This document shows, one piece after another, positions 28,800 to 38,386 of a DNA stretch of 64,000 nucleotides; within the stretch, counting starts at the first letter, position 1; every line of letters begins with the position of its first letter. The notes below the pieces were generated by a model. It saw nothing but the letters and a program-made list of their open reading frames with translations. It was not told where the DNA came from and searched no databases. Both the position numbers and the translations under genes were made by a program. Origin of the DNA: an uncultured candidate division Zixibacteria bacterium (GTDB lineage Bacteria > Zixibacteria > MSB-5A5 > GN15 > FEB-12); contig OY760907.1 in NCBI GenBank assembly GCA_963664195.1, forward strand, positions 1,280,001 through 1,344,000. Direction: 5' to 3'.

Positions 28800-29107
28800 A
28801 AGTGGTCTAACAATACAGTGGTATTTTTGTGGGTCGTATTGTTGCTACACGTCAAGCAAACCCTGTGCCCTCACGACGAGTTGCCACGCTCTCTCGTAAG
28901 TAGTTGGCCGAACCAAGTTTACTCGCTAAGACTACCGGCGGACCCGTCCGCCTGTGCAACAGTGTTCAGTTTTTGAACAGACCAATTCGCACTCCCCCTG
29001 CTCGCTCGTTTCACAGGTCAGACAGAATCTGTCGAACAGACAAAAAACGGCCCCCGAACGCTTTCACGCCGGAGGCCCACTGTCCCTGGATATCAGAGGC
29101 ATCCGTG

Positions 29108-31558
29108 CTAGATACTAGAATTTAGACTGAATACGAAGCTGCGTCCCGCCTCTGGAATCGGATTGTCCGGGTTGCGACCGTTGAACGGCTCCGAATACAC
29201 TTCGTCGAATAGATTGTTGCCGGAAATCGACAACCGAACATTCTTATACAACGTCACACCGGCAGTTGCGCTGACAACCGTAAACCCTTTCGTCGCAATA
29301 TCATCAAGCGCGGCCACGTCCGGAATGCGGTCCTGATCTTCCACACGACGCAATGTGAACTCGCCGAACAGGCCGTGCTGACTGTGACGGTATCCGGCCG
29401 AGAGCGTCGTCTTGATCGGCGAGACAAACAACGGCTGATCATCGGTTTTGTTCTGACCATGCTGATATGTGAAGGAGAGACTTCCGTACACACCGTTGTA
29501 CAGATTAGCCTCGATCATGGTCTCTATACCGTAGATGTTGACATCCTCGACGTTTTCGTACCGCCAGAGCCGTGTCGAATCACCACCCGGATGTGAGGGC
29601 GGAAGAGTCTGAAAATTCTGCAACTGGGTAAAGTCGTTGTAGTCGCTCCAGAATCCTATCAGCGAGTAATTCACCTGCGGATGCACAGCCTTGAAACCGG
29701 CATCAATTGTTACCGAGCGCTCCGGCTTGATGTCCGGATTCGGGCGCGTTTCACGATTCGATGCGGACCCGTAGTAGAAACGCTCAACCACATTCGGCAC
29801 GCGGTAGGCAGTCCCGACATTGGACACGGCGTTGATACCCTCACCGAGTGGATACACTGCCCCCACTGATCCGTTCATCGCTGTGTAGGATTCGTCTTCA
29901 GTCGGCAGCGGGGCACCGTCGCCGTCACTGTCCACATACCCCGGAGTTTCCTCCGTGTTGACTGTGAAGTGATCAAGGCGCGTACCTGCAGTCAGTTGCA
30001 TCTTGTCAAGTTTGAGTTCCGACGCGGCATACAACCCGGCCGAATACCAGCGGTTCTTCGGAACCGAGGACCCCGTCTCGGTAACGATCTTGGACATGCC
30101 GGGGGGAAGGTCTCCTACCGGACCAGACATCTCTGTCATCGAAGTCACCTGACCGTCGATCTTCTCCATGTAGCTGTCAATGCCAAACGTCACCGTCGTC
30201 TTCTCAGAGAACTGGTACAGCTCCTGGAAATTGAGACCAATCTTGGTTACCTCCGTTTCGTTAATCGACGACAGCGGATTGATTGATCCTCCGGGCCCCA
30301 TGTTGATCAGAATACCGTCGAGGAAATCGGTCAGGAATTCCTTCGAGATTTTCTCGTAGTACAACCGGGCTTCCATCCGTGCCATGCGCTTGGTGATGCC
30401 GTTGCCGGTATAGCTAATCGCGAAATTGTCCCGGTCATGGTTAGGATAGAAAAACAGGAACGGCGTGGCCACGTTCGGAACACCGGGGTAGCCGATATCG
30501 TTTGCCCGGAAAGCGCCAAAGTCGAGATCCAGACGGTGCTTGTTCGAAATCTTGTAACCGAACTTGGCGTCGTAGTTGTTCACTCGCGCCTCGGAGTTGG
30601 CCAGACGGTCCCGCGAGAAGTTTGTCCCCTGCGCCGCGTTCAGGCTGTCGTAGAACTCCGGACGAAACACCGAGTAGCGACCATCCTCAGACTGCCAGTC
30701 ATCCGGCGGGGAGTAGTCCTTGCGCGCCTCACGGTACTGAATCCCCACCGATGCCGAGATGCGCTTGGCCTTTACTCCGAGGTCTATTCTGTTGGAATGC
30801 TGTTCGTCCGCTGTGGAGTAGCGGCCGCTGTACTTCGCAAACGGCGTCGGTTCACCGTTGAAGTCGTTCTTCTTCGTAATGATGTTGATCACACCGGCCA
30901 TGGCATCCGAGCCGTACAGAACCGAGGACGGGCCGTTGACTACTTCTACCCGCTCGATTTCGCTCGGGTCGACAAGCGACATGGAGACTCCAGCGAAGTC
31001 AGATACATCGCGCTGATCATTTAGCCGCTCACCGTCGACCAGCACCAGAATACGTGTGCCGTACAACCCGCGAATAACCGGACGCGCGCGGAACGGGCCA
31101 GCGTCGTTCATATCCATCCCAGGGAAGTCGCGGATGATGTCGGACACTATCGTGTGTCCCTTGGACTCGATCTGCTCCGAGTTCGCCGCGGTTATTGGCT
31201 GAGCGACCTTATAGGCCGCCTTCTCGTACCGATTGGCCGTTACTACAATGGTGTTGAGCTGCGACATCGAAATCTGGAGGAAGATGATATTGTCCAGACC
31301 GGGGGCCATTCTTGTATTCGCCACGGTTGCATAACCGACATGACTGACCGTCACACTGATCGGCCCGTCGATATCCTTGGCGGTAAACTCGCCGTTGTCA
31401 TCGGTCTGTAACAGCACGGCGCCGTCATTCACGGAAACGGTCGCTCCCACGAGCGGCTGATCATCGACCGCCGAGCGGACTGTTCCGGTCAGCGTCTCGG
31501 CCATAGTGCCGACGGTGAGACAGCACACTATCAGAGTAATTAGCAGTAGAGTTTTCAT
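29108..31558 (-). CDS. TonB-dependent receptor (haem/metal-complex type)
   Basis: Plug IERVEVVNGPSSVLYGSDAMAGVINIIT; YRVP...NPDIKPE (FRAP/NPNL-like). Confidence 0.9.
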   Translation of the reverse strand: MKTLLLITLIVCCLTVGTMAETLTGTVRSAVDDQPLVGATVSVNDGAVLLQTDDNGEFTAKDIDGPISVTVSHVGYATVANTRMAPGLDNIIFLQISMSQLNTIVVTANRYEKAAYKVAQPITAANSEQIESKGHTIVSDIIRDFPGMDMNDAGPFRARPVIRGLYGTRILVLVDGERLNDQRDVSDFAGVSMSLVDPSEIERVEVVNGPSSVLYGSDAMAGVINIITKKNDFNGEPTPFAKYSGRYSTADEQHSNRIDLGVKAKRISASVGIQYREARKDYSPPDDWQSEDGRYSVFRPEFYDSLNAAQGTNFSRDRLANSEARVNNYDAKFGYKISNKHRLDLDFGAFRANDIGYPGVPNVATPFLFFYPNHDRDNFAISYTGNGITKRMARMEARLYYEKISKEFLTDFLDGILINMGPGGSINPLSSINETEVTKIGLNFQELYQFSEKTTVTFGIDSYMEKIDGQVTSMTEMSGPVGDLPPGMSKIVTETGSSVPKNRWYSAGLYAASELKLDKMQLTAGTRLDHFTVNTEETPGYVDSDGDGAPLPTEDESYTAMNGSVGAVYPLGEGINAVSNVGTAYRVPNVVERFYYGSASNRETRPNPDIKPERSVTIDAGFKAVHPQVNYSLIGFWSDYNDFTQLQNFQTLPPSHPGGDSTRLWRYENVEDVNIYGIETMIEANLYNGVYGSLSFTYQHGQNKTDDQPLFVSPIKTTLSAGYRHSQHGLFGEFTLRRVEDQDRIPDVAALDDIATKGFTVVSATAGVTLYKNVRLSISGNNLFDEVYSEPFNGRNPDNPIPEAGRSFVFSLNSSI

Positions 31559-31700
31559 AGCTCCTTCTTCCCGGTATGTTGCTAAGCGATATCGATATAA
31601 GGATTATGGAGACCGGAGTTGTCACGCTGATGTCATGGAGAAGACGACACTGTCGAATTCTTGCTTTCGACGGGCGCACTGACGCTGTCTCTCCGAGTGC

Positions 31701-31759
31701 CACCCTCAAACGACTCATGCAATCGACCGACCGGCTGACTTGTGCGGAGTTTGAGGGTG
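31701..31759. repeat. Palindromic element (CACCCTCAA family, copy 2)
   Basis: CACCCTCAAAC/GTTTGAGGGTG inverted repeat. Confidence 0.65.
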
Positions 31760-31854
31760 CTCTTGAACCTGGAGATTGCTACTGTCGACTGAAGAACACC
31801 CTCATGGTCACCATGAAAGTGGCACGCGACAGGTGAATTCTGCTGTCTCGATGA

Positions 31855-32886
31855 CTATTTCTTCGAACGGGCGAACTTGCGGGCGGCCCTCTCCAATCGT
31901 GGATCGGTCAGACCCTTAAGCGCTGTATTGAGTTGAGTGATTTGGTCGTCAGTGAGACAGTTTAGCTCGTTTGGGAACTTGCCGGATTCGATTCGAGAGG
32001 CAAGCCGCTCCATCCGTTTTTTTGTCCCGGCGTTTATAATCTCCGGCCCGGCCTTGAGCGAACCGTACCGCGCCGCTACAGAAATGCGGGAGAACATCCC
32101 CTCGATCCCGTATCGCTTGATCAAATCGATTATCAAATCAAGCTGGTACGCAACTTCGAGATACGCGTTCTCCGGCTTCAGTCCACGCTCGACCAAAACT
32201 TCGAATCCCGTCTTGATCAGCATCGCCAGCCCGCCACACAAAACCGCCTGTTCACCAAACAAATCCCCCACCGCCTCGTGCTCAAACGTCGTCTTGATGA
32301 GATTTTTCCGCTTGAACCCGGCCGCTTTCGCCAGGGCAAACGCCGTCTGCGCGGCTTTCCCGGTTCTATTCTGATAAACAGAATAGAAGGCGGATAGCTG
32401 TTGATCTCCGAGATACGCTTCTCGCACCGCTACTCCCGGAGCATGGGGAGCTACCAGGATGACATCGCAATCATCCGGCGGCACCACAAATCCAAAATGC
32501 ACCGAGGTACCGTGCAACAGCAGAAGGGTGGCATTATTCTTGAGATTCGGCGAAATGTCCCGCGTAAACACCCTACCGTGGAGATGATCCGGAAACGCAA
32601 ACACGACGATATCAGCAGCGGCGACCGCCTTACTCACGGTCATAATCTCGGCTATCCCGTCACGTTTGGCGATCAGTCGTGATTTCGAGCGCGACCGAAC
32701 TCCGACTATGACGCGATATCCCGAATCGCAAAAGTTCAGCACCAGCGCCCGCCCCTGCGAACCGTAGCCAATTACCGCAATCACCTTCTGCTTCGGAGAC
32801 GTGCTTTGCCTAGCGGATCCCCCAATGCACACATCGGAGGAAACGGGCACTCCGCGAGTGCTTTTCTGTTTCCGTATCACTGCCAT
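31855..32886 (-). CDS. ilvC: Ketol-acid reductoisomerase
   Basis: IGYGSQG, TTFEHEAVGDLFGEQAVLCGG, AYLE. Confidence 0.93.
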   Translation of the reverse strand: MAVIRKQKSTRGVPVSSDVCIGGSARQSTSPKQKVIAVIGYGSQGRALVLNFCDSGYRVIVGVRSRSKSRLIAKRDGIAEIMTVSKAVAAADIVVFAFPDHLHGRVFTRDISPNLKNNATLLLLHGTSVHFGFVVPPDDCDVILVAPHAPGVAVREAYLGDQQLSAFYSVYQNRTGKAAQTAFALAKAAGFKRKNLIKTTFEHEAVGDLFGEQAVLCGGLAMLIKTGFEVLVERGLKPENAYLEVAYQLDLIIDLIKRYGIEGMFSRISVAARYGSLKAGPEIINAGTKKRMERLASRIESGKFPNELNCLTDDQITQLNTALKGLTDPRLERAARKFARSKK

Positions 32887-32958
32887 CCTGTTAATATAGG
32901 GGGAACAAGTCAATATGCCAACGATCGCTTACAACAAGCGGCAGACAGGACGGTACCC

Positions 32959-33849
32959 ATGGACGCCTATCAGAAATCGATGCTGGAACTTGTCAAAACC
33001 GCTCTCTACGAGGATGTCGGCAAAGGTGACCTCACCTCGTTGGCCTGTCTTGAACCGGGGCCTGTTGCGGCTGCGATTGTCGCTAAATCAACCGGGGTGC
33101 TGTCCGGAGTGGAACCCGCCCTGCTGACGTTTGATATTGTCGATTCCGCCAACAACGTAAAGTTTCTCAAGAGAGACGGCGACCGGTTCGAGCCGGGTAC
33201 GGTTATCGCCGAGATCGACGGTTTCAACCTGTCTGTCCTTGCCTCTGAACGGGTGGCGCTGAATTTCCTTGGACATCTGAGCGGAGTTGCCACGCTCGCC
33301 GGTCAACTCGTTGATCTCATCAAAAAAGGTGGCGGCAATGATACACGACTGCTTGACACGCGCAAAACGATCCCCGGCCTCCGACATCTCGAAAAACGGG
33401 CCGTGCTCCACGGCGGCGGGATTAATCACCGCATCGGACTGTACGATATGATCCTGATCAAAGACAACCATATCGCCAGCGCCGGTTCAATCAAAAACGC
33501 CGTTGCCCGCACCCGTGAGTATATTGCCACCGCTGATTTCCGGCATCAGTTCCAGTCCGATGCCAATGAAATCAAGATCGAAGTCGAAATCGAGAACGAA
33601 TACCAGCTCCGCGAGGCAATCGAATCCGGTGTGGATCGACTCCTGCTCGACAATCAATCCCCAAAATCGCTCAAGCAACTCGTAGCGGTCGCCCGCGAGA
33701 TCGACGCGAATGTTGAACTCGAAGCGTCGGGCAACGTCACGAAAGAGAACATCGCCGATATTGCCGCCTCGGGCGTGGATTTCATCTCGGTCGGCGCGGT
33801 TACGCATTCGGCCCCCTGCTCTGATTTCTCTCTCCGGATCAAGGAATAG
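32959..33849 (+). CDS. nadC: Nicotinate-nucleotide diphosphorylase (carboxylating)
   Basis: EDVGKGDLT, LDTRKT, NHRIGLYDMILIKDNH, LLDN, EASG. Confidence 0.96.
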   Translation: MDAYQKSMLELVKTALYEDVGKGDLTSLACLEPGPVAAAIVAKSTGVLSGVEPALLTFDIVDSANNVKFLKRDGDRFEPGTVIAEIDGFNLSVLASERVALNFLGHLSGVATLAGQLVDLIKKGGGNDTRLLDTRKTIPGLRHLEKRAVLHGGGINHRIGLYDMILIKDNHIASAGSIKNAVARTREYIATADFRHQFQSDANEIKIEVEIENEYQLREAIESGVDRLLLDNQSPKSLKQLVAVAREIDANVELEASGNVTKENIADIAASGVDFISVGAVTHSAPCSDFSLRIKE

Positions 33850-33853
33850 CGCG

Positions 33854-34849
33854 ATGAATCTCGTTGAATTAGAGAAAATCGCCGATGACCTGATTCTTCT
33901 GACGCGCCCAAAACCAAAGGAATTCTTCGAGCGAGAAACGCTCCTGACCGCCCTGAAGACCAACGACGAGACCTTGCAGTCAGCACTCGAAACAGCCGCC
34001 CAATGGGGATACGAACTCAAAACTGACGGGTCGGGCCGCGTTGCATTCATCAAAGCCCCCGATTCGCTCACCGCGACTGAAATCGGCTACCGCCTCGGCA
34101 CCAAATGGCTGGGCAAAAACCTGGTCACTCACGGCAGCGCAAAATCAACCAACGACCTTGCCGCCGAGGCCGCCCAGGCAGGCGCCGAACACGGCACCGT
34201 CATCACCGCTGAGGAACAAACCAGGGGACGCGGCAGGCTCGGGCGCGAATGGTACTCTCCCCCCGGCTCTGCGATTTATGTCTCGTTAGTTCTTCGCCCT
34301 GATTTCCTCCCCGCCGATGCTCCGGGTGTGTCGATTATGACTGCAGTCGCCCTGGCTGATTCGTTGACTGTGCTTCTGCCGGATCAGATCCGACTCAAAT
34401 GGCCAAACGACATTCACATACGCGGACGGAAAGTCTCCGGCATTCTCACAGAACTGTCCGCCGACCGGGACAAAATCAACCATCTCGTGGTCGGCGTCGG
34501 AATCAACGTTAATCAGCGGTTTGAGGATTTTCCGCCCGAACTTCAGCCCCATGCCACCTCGCTTCGACGCGAATGCGGACATGAATTGCGCCGTGTCGAT
34601 GTCCTGCAATCGTTCTTACGGCAATTCGAGTCCGAGTTTGATCTGTATCTTGAACACCGCCTGGCGAAGTCTCATGATAGGATACGCGGGTTTTCCTCGT
34701 TGATCGGACGCGAGATCACGGTCAGCAGCGGCAAGAAGCAGCGAACGGGGACGGTCGAGGATATCGACGTGGAAGGCCGTTTGATTCTTCAGACCGACGA
34801 GGGCCGCTTTCCCATTATCGCCGGCGAGGTAACGGTAGTAAGGAAGTAG
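33854..34849 (+). CDS. birA: Biotin--[acetyl-CoA-carboxylase] ligase
   Basis: STND, QTRGRGRLGREW, KWPND, KVSGIL, GVGIN. Confidence 0.95.
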   Translation: MNLVELEKIADDLILLTRPKPKEFFERETLLTALKTNDETLQSALETAAQWGYELKTDGSGRVAFIKAPDSLTATEIGYRLGTKWLGKNLVTHGSAKSTNDLAAEAAQAGAEHGTVITAEEQTRGRGRLGREWYSPPGSAIYVSLVLRPDFLPADAPGVSIMTAVALADSLTVLLPDQIRLKWPNDIHIRGRKVSGILTELSADRDKINHLVVGVGINVNQRFEDFPPELQPHATSLRRECGHELRRVDVLQSFLRQFESEFDLYLEHRLAKSHDRIRGFSSLIGREITVSSGKKQRTGTVEDIDVEGRLILQTDEGRFPIIAGEVTVVRK

Positions 34850-34921
34850 GGTTGCAAATGCCACATCCACCTGACGCCGTCGATTTGCGTTTTTCTCCCC
34901 TTTTGTGTATAATGTCCGCCT

Positions 34922-35293
34922 ATGTATAATCTCATTGTTATGGACCATTTCCAGAATCCGCGCAATACCGGAGATATGGAAAATCCGGACGGGGTCGGAA
35001 CCGTCGGCAACGCGACCTGTGGCGATATGATGAAGGTGTTCATTAAAGTCAGCGAAGGCCGCATATCTGATATTAAGTACAAAACGTTCGGTTGCGCCGC
35101 TGCGATCGCTTCAAGTTCGGCGGCCTCGGAGATGGTAGTCGGAAAGACTATCGAGGAAGCTCTCGCTATGACCCGCGACGATGTCGCCAATCATCTCGAG
35201 GGCCTCCCGGAAAAGAAAGTCCACTGCTCGGCTCTCGCCCCGGATGCTATCCGCGCCGCTATCGAGGACTACCAGAAACGCCAGAATGGCTAG
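34922..35293 (+). CDS. iscU: Fe-S cluster scaffold, IscU/NifU family
   Basis: DHFQNPRN, CGD, FGCAAAIASSS, KVHCS. Confidence 0.93.
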   Translation: MYNLIVMDHFQNPRNTGDMENPDGVGTVGNATCGDMMKVFIKVSEGRISDIKYKTFGCAAAIASSSAASEMVVGKTIEEALAMTRDDVANHLEGLPEKKVHCSALAPDAIRAAIEDYQKRQNG

Positions 35294-35320
35294 GCCCCTT
35301 TCGTTTCTCACGGGTAACGG

Positions 35321-36175
35321 ATGCCGGAACTCCCCGAAGTAGAAACGGTGGTCAGGGGGCTTCGCGAAGTCCTCAAAGGAAGACGTTTCACCTCCATAGA
35401 TAACCGTGCGCCGGTCTCGATGGTGGTAGTGGGGGATTCCTTCGGCAAGCAGTCGTTTGAAAACATTCTGGCTGACCGCCAGGTTCTGGATATCACACGC
35501 CGGGGTAAAAATATCCTGATCGCTCTCTCCGGCAATATCACTCTTTGGGCGCATCTTAAAATGACCGGCAAGTTCCGGTATATTGACTCCGACACCCCTC
35601 GCCATAAACACGACCTCGTTGTTTTCGATCTGGCCCCCAACAAGAGCGACGATGACGCCTGCCATATCCGATTCAACGACTACCGTCGTTTCGGGCGTTT
35701 GCGCCTTTTCACCAACGATGAACTATGGGAACAACAGGGATTGGCCTCACTCGGCCCCGAACCTCTGGAAATCACCGGCGGTGATTTTGCGGAGCTTTGC
35801 CATAGACGTGGGAGAATGATAAAACCCGCCCTGATGGATCAAACGTTCATCGCGGGACTTGGCAATATCTACGCCGATGAATCCCTTTTCCTCTCCCGCC
35901 TTCATCCCAAGCGGCTGACGAACTCGATCTCCCGCAAGAAGCTGGTCGAACTCCACGGGCACATACAGTATCTGTTGAAGAAGGCAATCAGTCTGGCGGG
36001 AACGTCGGTCGATACGTATTCCGGCGTCAACGGTCAACCGGGATCGTTTCAGGACTATTTGAAAGCGTACGGCCTTGAAGGGGCCCCGTGTGAGCGTTGC
36101 GGACGTGAGATTGTTCGTGAGAAAATCGGCTCACGTTCCGCGCATTACTGCCCCAAGTGCCAGCGGAAACCTTAA
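35321..36175 (+). CDS. mutM: Formamidopyrimidine-DNA glycosylase
   Basis: MPELPEVE, HLKMTG, GLGNIYADE, C-terminal zinc finger. Confidence 0.97.
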   Translation: MPELPEVETVVRGLREVLKGRRFTSIDNRAPVSMVVVGDSFGKQSFENILADRQVLDITRRGKNILIALSGNITLWAHLKMTGKFRYIDSDTPRHKHDLVVFDLAPNKSDDDACHIRFNDYRRFGRLRLFTNDELWEQQGLASLGPEPLEITGGDFAELCHRRGRMIKPALMDQTFIAGLGNIYADESLFLSRLHPKRLTNSISRKKLVELHGHIQYLLKKAISLAGTSVDTYSGVNGQPGSFQDYLKAYGLEGAPCERCGREIVREKIGSRSAHYCPKCQRKP

Positions 36176-37230
36176 TCCTCCAACGACAGATTCCGACCGG
36201 TCACCGAATCAAAATACTGCATCGCGCTCTTGTCGATGCTGAACCGGATCTCTTTGCCCGGCTCGGGTGAGGCTGAAACCGATATCGCCGTCAACAGATG
36301 ATCCTGATACTTCACCGCAACCTCGTAGTGATCCCCGAGATACTCGCACGATTCCACGGTGCCGTGATAATCTCCGTCGCCCGCTATCGAAATCGATTCC
36401 GGGCGCAAACCCACCGTGCATTTCTCCCCGCCAGCCGCTTCCTTTATATAGTCCATCACCAGCGTCCCGAACGGAATCAACCGGTCACCGTCGATCTCGG
36501 CCTCAATCACGTTGATCTTCGGCAACCCGATAAACTTCGCCACAAACAGACTTGCCGGACGGTTGTACAAATCCTTTGGTGTCCCGAGTTGTTCTATGTG
36601 TCCCTCGTTCAACAGGGCAATACGGTCCGCCATAGAGAGCGCTTCGGTCTGATCGTGTGTCACGTGGACCATCGTCTTGTTGAGCTTGCGTTGAATGCTG
36701 ACAATCTCCTGGCGCATACGGACACGAAGGTCAGCGTCGAGATTTGACAACGGCTCATCTAGAAGAAAAATCGAGGGCTCCCTGATTATCGCCCGTCCGA
36801 GAGCCACCCGCTGACGCTGTCCGCCGGAGAGTTGACCGGGCCGGTCCTTCAGGCGGTTGCCGAGATCAAGCATATCGGCCACGCCCTGCACGCGCTCGTC
36901 GATTTCGGCCTTCTGGACTTTGGCTGCCTTCAACGGAAATGCCAGATTCTTTGCCACCGTCATGTGCGGATACAACGAGTAGTTCTGAAACACCATCGCC
37001 ACATTCCGATCACGCGGGCGAAGGCGGTCCACCCGTTTGCCATCGATATGCACTTCGCCCGAATCCCCTTCTTCGAGTCCGGCGATGATTCTCAGCAACG
37101 TTGACTTGCCGCAGCCCGAAGGTCCCAACAAAACGAGCAGCTCCCCCGCTTCCAATTCGAGCGAGATCTCTCGCAGGACTCTCGTCCCGTCGAACCGCTT
37201 TGATACGTCTTTGAGTACAAGCCCGGCCAT
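36172..37230 (-). CDS. ABC transporter ATP-binding protein (MalK/UgpC-like, TOBE domain)
   Basis: GPSGCGKST, LSGGQRQR, DEPLSNLDA, VTHDQTEA. Confidence 0.93.
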   Translation of the reverse strand: MAGLVLKDVSKRFDGTRVLREISLELEAGELLVLLGPSGCGKSTLLRIIAGLEEGDSGEVHIDGKRVDRLRPRDRNVAMVFQNYSLYPHMTVAKNLAFPLKAAKVQKAEIDERVQGVADMLDLGNRLKDRPGQLSGGQRQRVALGRAIIREPSIFLLDEPLSNLDADLRVRMRQEIVSIQRKLNKTMVHVTHDQTEALSMADRIALLNEGHIEQLGTPKDLYNRPASLFVAKFIGLPKINVIEAEIDGDRLIPFGTLVMDYIKEAAGGEKCTVGLRPESISIAGDGDYHGTVESCEYLGDHYEVAVKYQDHLLTAISVSASPEPGKEIRFSIDKSAMQYFDSVTGRNLSLED

Positions 37231-38318
37231 CAATCAATACCCTCTATTGCGCCCCCGACTATTCTAAACTTGCGGGCAGTATCAATCAAGGATTGAGGAG
37301 GATCAATCGCGGTCGTCAAAAAAATCTGATCCGACTGCGAGAACAACTCCATCAGGCGCTCCGTCCGGCCGGTGTCAAGTTCTGCGAAAATCTCATCCAG
37401 CAGCAGAATCGGCGCGGTGGACCGCTTTTCCTTCAGCAACTCGTACACGGCCAGCTTCAGTGATACCGCAGCCGTCCGCCATTGTCCCTGGGAACCGTGC
37501 GAGCGCGCCGCCAGTCCGCCAACCTCAAAGAGTACGTCATCCCGGTGCGGACCGACAACGGATGTCTTTAGCACCTGCTCTTTGAATTTGTTTTCTTCCA
37601 GGGCCAACTCAAACGCCTCTTTGATCTCACTCTCTTCGCAGGTGTCCGATTCAACCGCTATCTTCGGCTTGTACTCCATTTGTAGTTCTTCCCCCCGGCT
37701 GATTTCCCGATAGTGATTCTCCGTCAGAGGTCTCAGACTGCCCAGAAATTTATGACGGGCCGCTATGATCTTTGATCCGTGCGAGACTACCAGCGGGTCA
37801 AACGGACTAGGATCCATCTCTTTTTTGAGTGCTGCGTTTTTCTGTGCGATCGCCTTCTGGTAATCCGTCAGATCAGAGATATATCTCCGTGATAGTTGTG
37901 ACAGATAAATATCAATGAATAACCTTCTAACTGCTGGTGATCCCGAGAGAATATCGCTGTCTTCCGGTCCCGAAGCCACAGCGCAAAACTGATCGTACAG
38001 CTCGGTTGCTTTCGATGGGACCCCATCGATGGTAATCTTCTTCCGCCAGCCCTTCTGATACGCTACTGCCACCGGAAGCGCGCGTCGAGCCGTTTCAACG
38101 CGTCCCTCCAGTCGGTACACTTCAGCCCCGTCCTGGATCAATATACTGTCGGCTGCGCCCCTCTGAGACCTTCCCAGGCAGAGTGTGAAGATTGATTCCA
38201 ACAGGTTGGTTTTACCGGACCCGTTATTGCCGTAGAAGATATTCACGCCGGGCGCGAATCCAGTCTGCAATGAAGAGATATTTCTAAATCCGGTTACTGA
38301 CAGAGATTGTACTAACAT
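37230..38318 (-). CDS. recF: DNA replication and repair protein RecF
   Basis: GNNGSGKTN, GPHRDD, GSQGQ, LLLDEIFAELD. Confidence 0.95.
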   Translation of the reverse strand: MLVQSLSVTGFRNISSLQTGFAPGVNIFYGNNGSGKTNLLESIFTLCLGRSQRGAADSILIQDGAEVYRLEGRVETARRALPVAVAYQKGWRKKITIDGVPSKATELYDQFCAVASGPEDSDILSGSPAVRRLFIDIYLSQLSRRYISDLTDYQKAIAQKNAALKKEMDPSPFDPLVVSHGSKIIAARHKFLGSLRPLTENHYREISRGEELQMEYKPKIAVESDTCEESEIKEAFELALEENKFKEQVLKTSVVGPHRDDVLFEVGGLAARSHGSQGQWRTAAVSLKLAVYELLKEKRSTAPILLLDEIFAELDTGRTERLMELFSQSDQIFLTTAIDPPQSLIDTARKFRIVGGAIEGID

Positions 38319-38386
38319 ATTCTATCGGAAAAGAAAAATGGCAGATGTAATCACACCTGCCATTCTGAAATTGTGTTCAGGCAGTT

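Noticed and set aside
31560..31850. Cobalamin riboswitch upstream of the second TonB receptor
   Set aside because: Conserved B12-element core motifs not found; only inverted repeats
33710..33853. Extended N-termini of ORF-track calls for birA (also nadC, pepF, CBS, lspA, ileS)
   Set aside because: The extensions overlap neighbouring genes or promoters; downstream starts fit the family N-termini better
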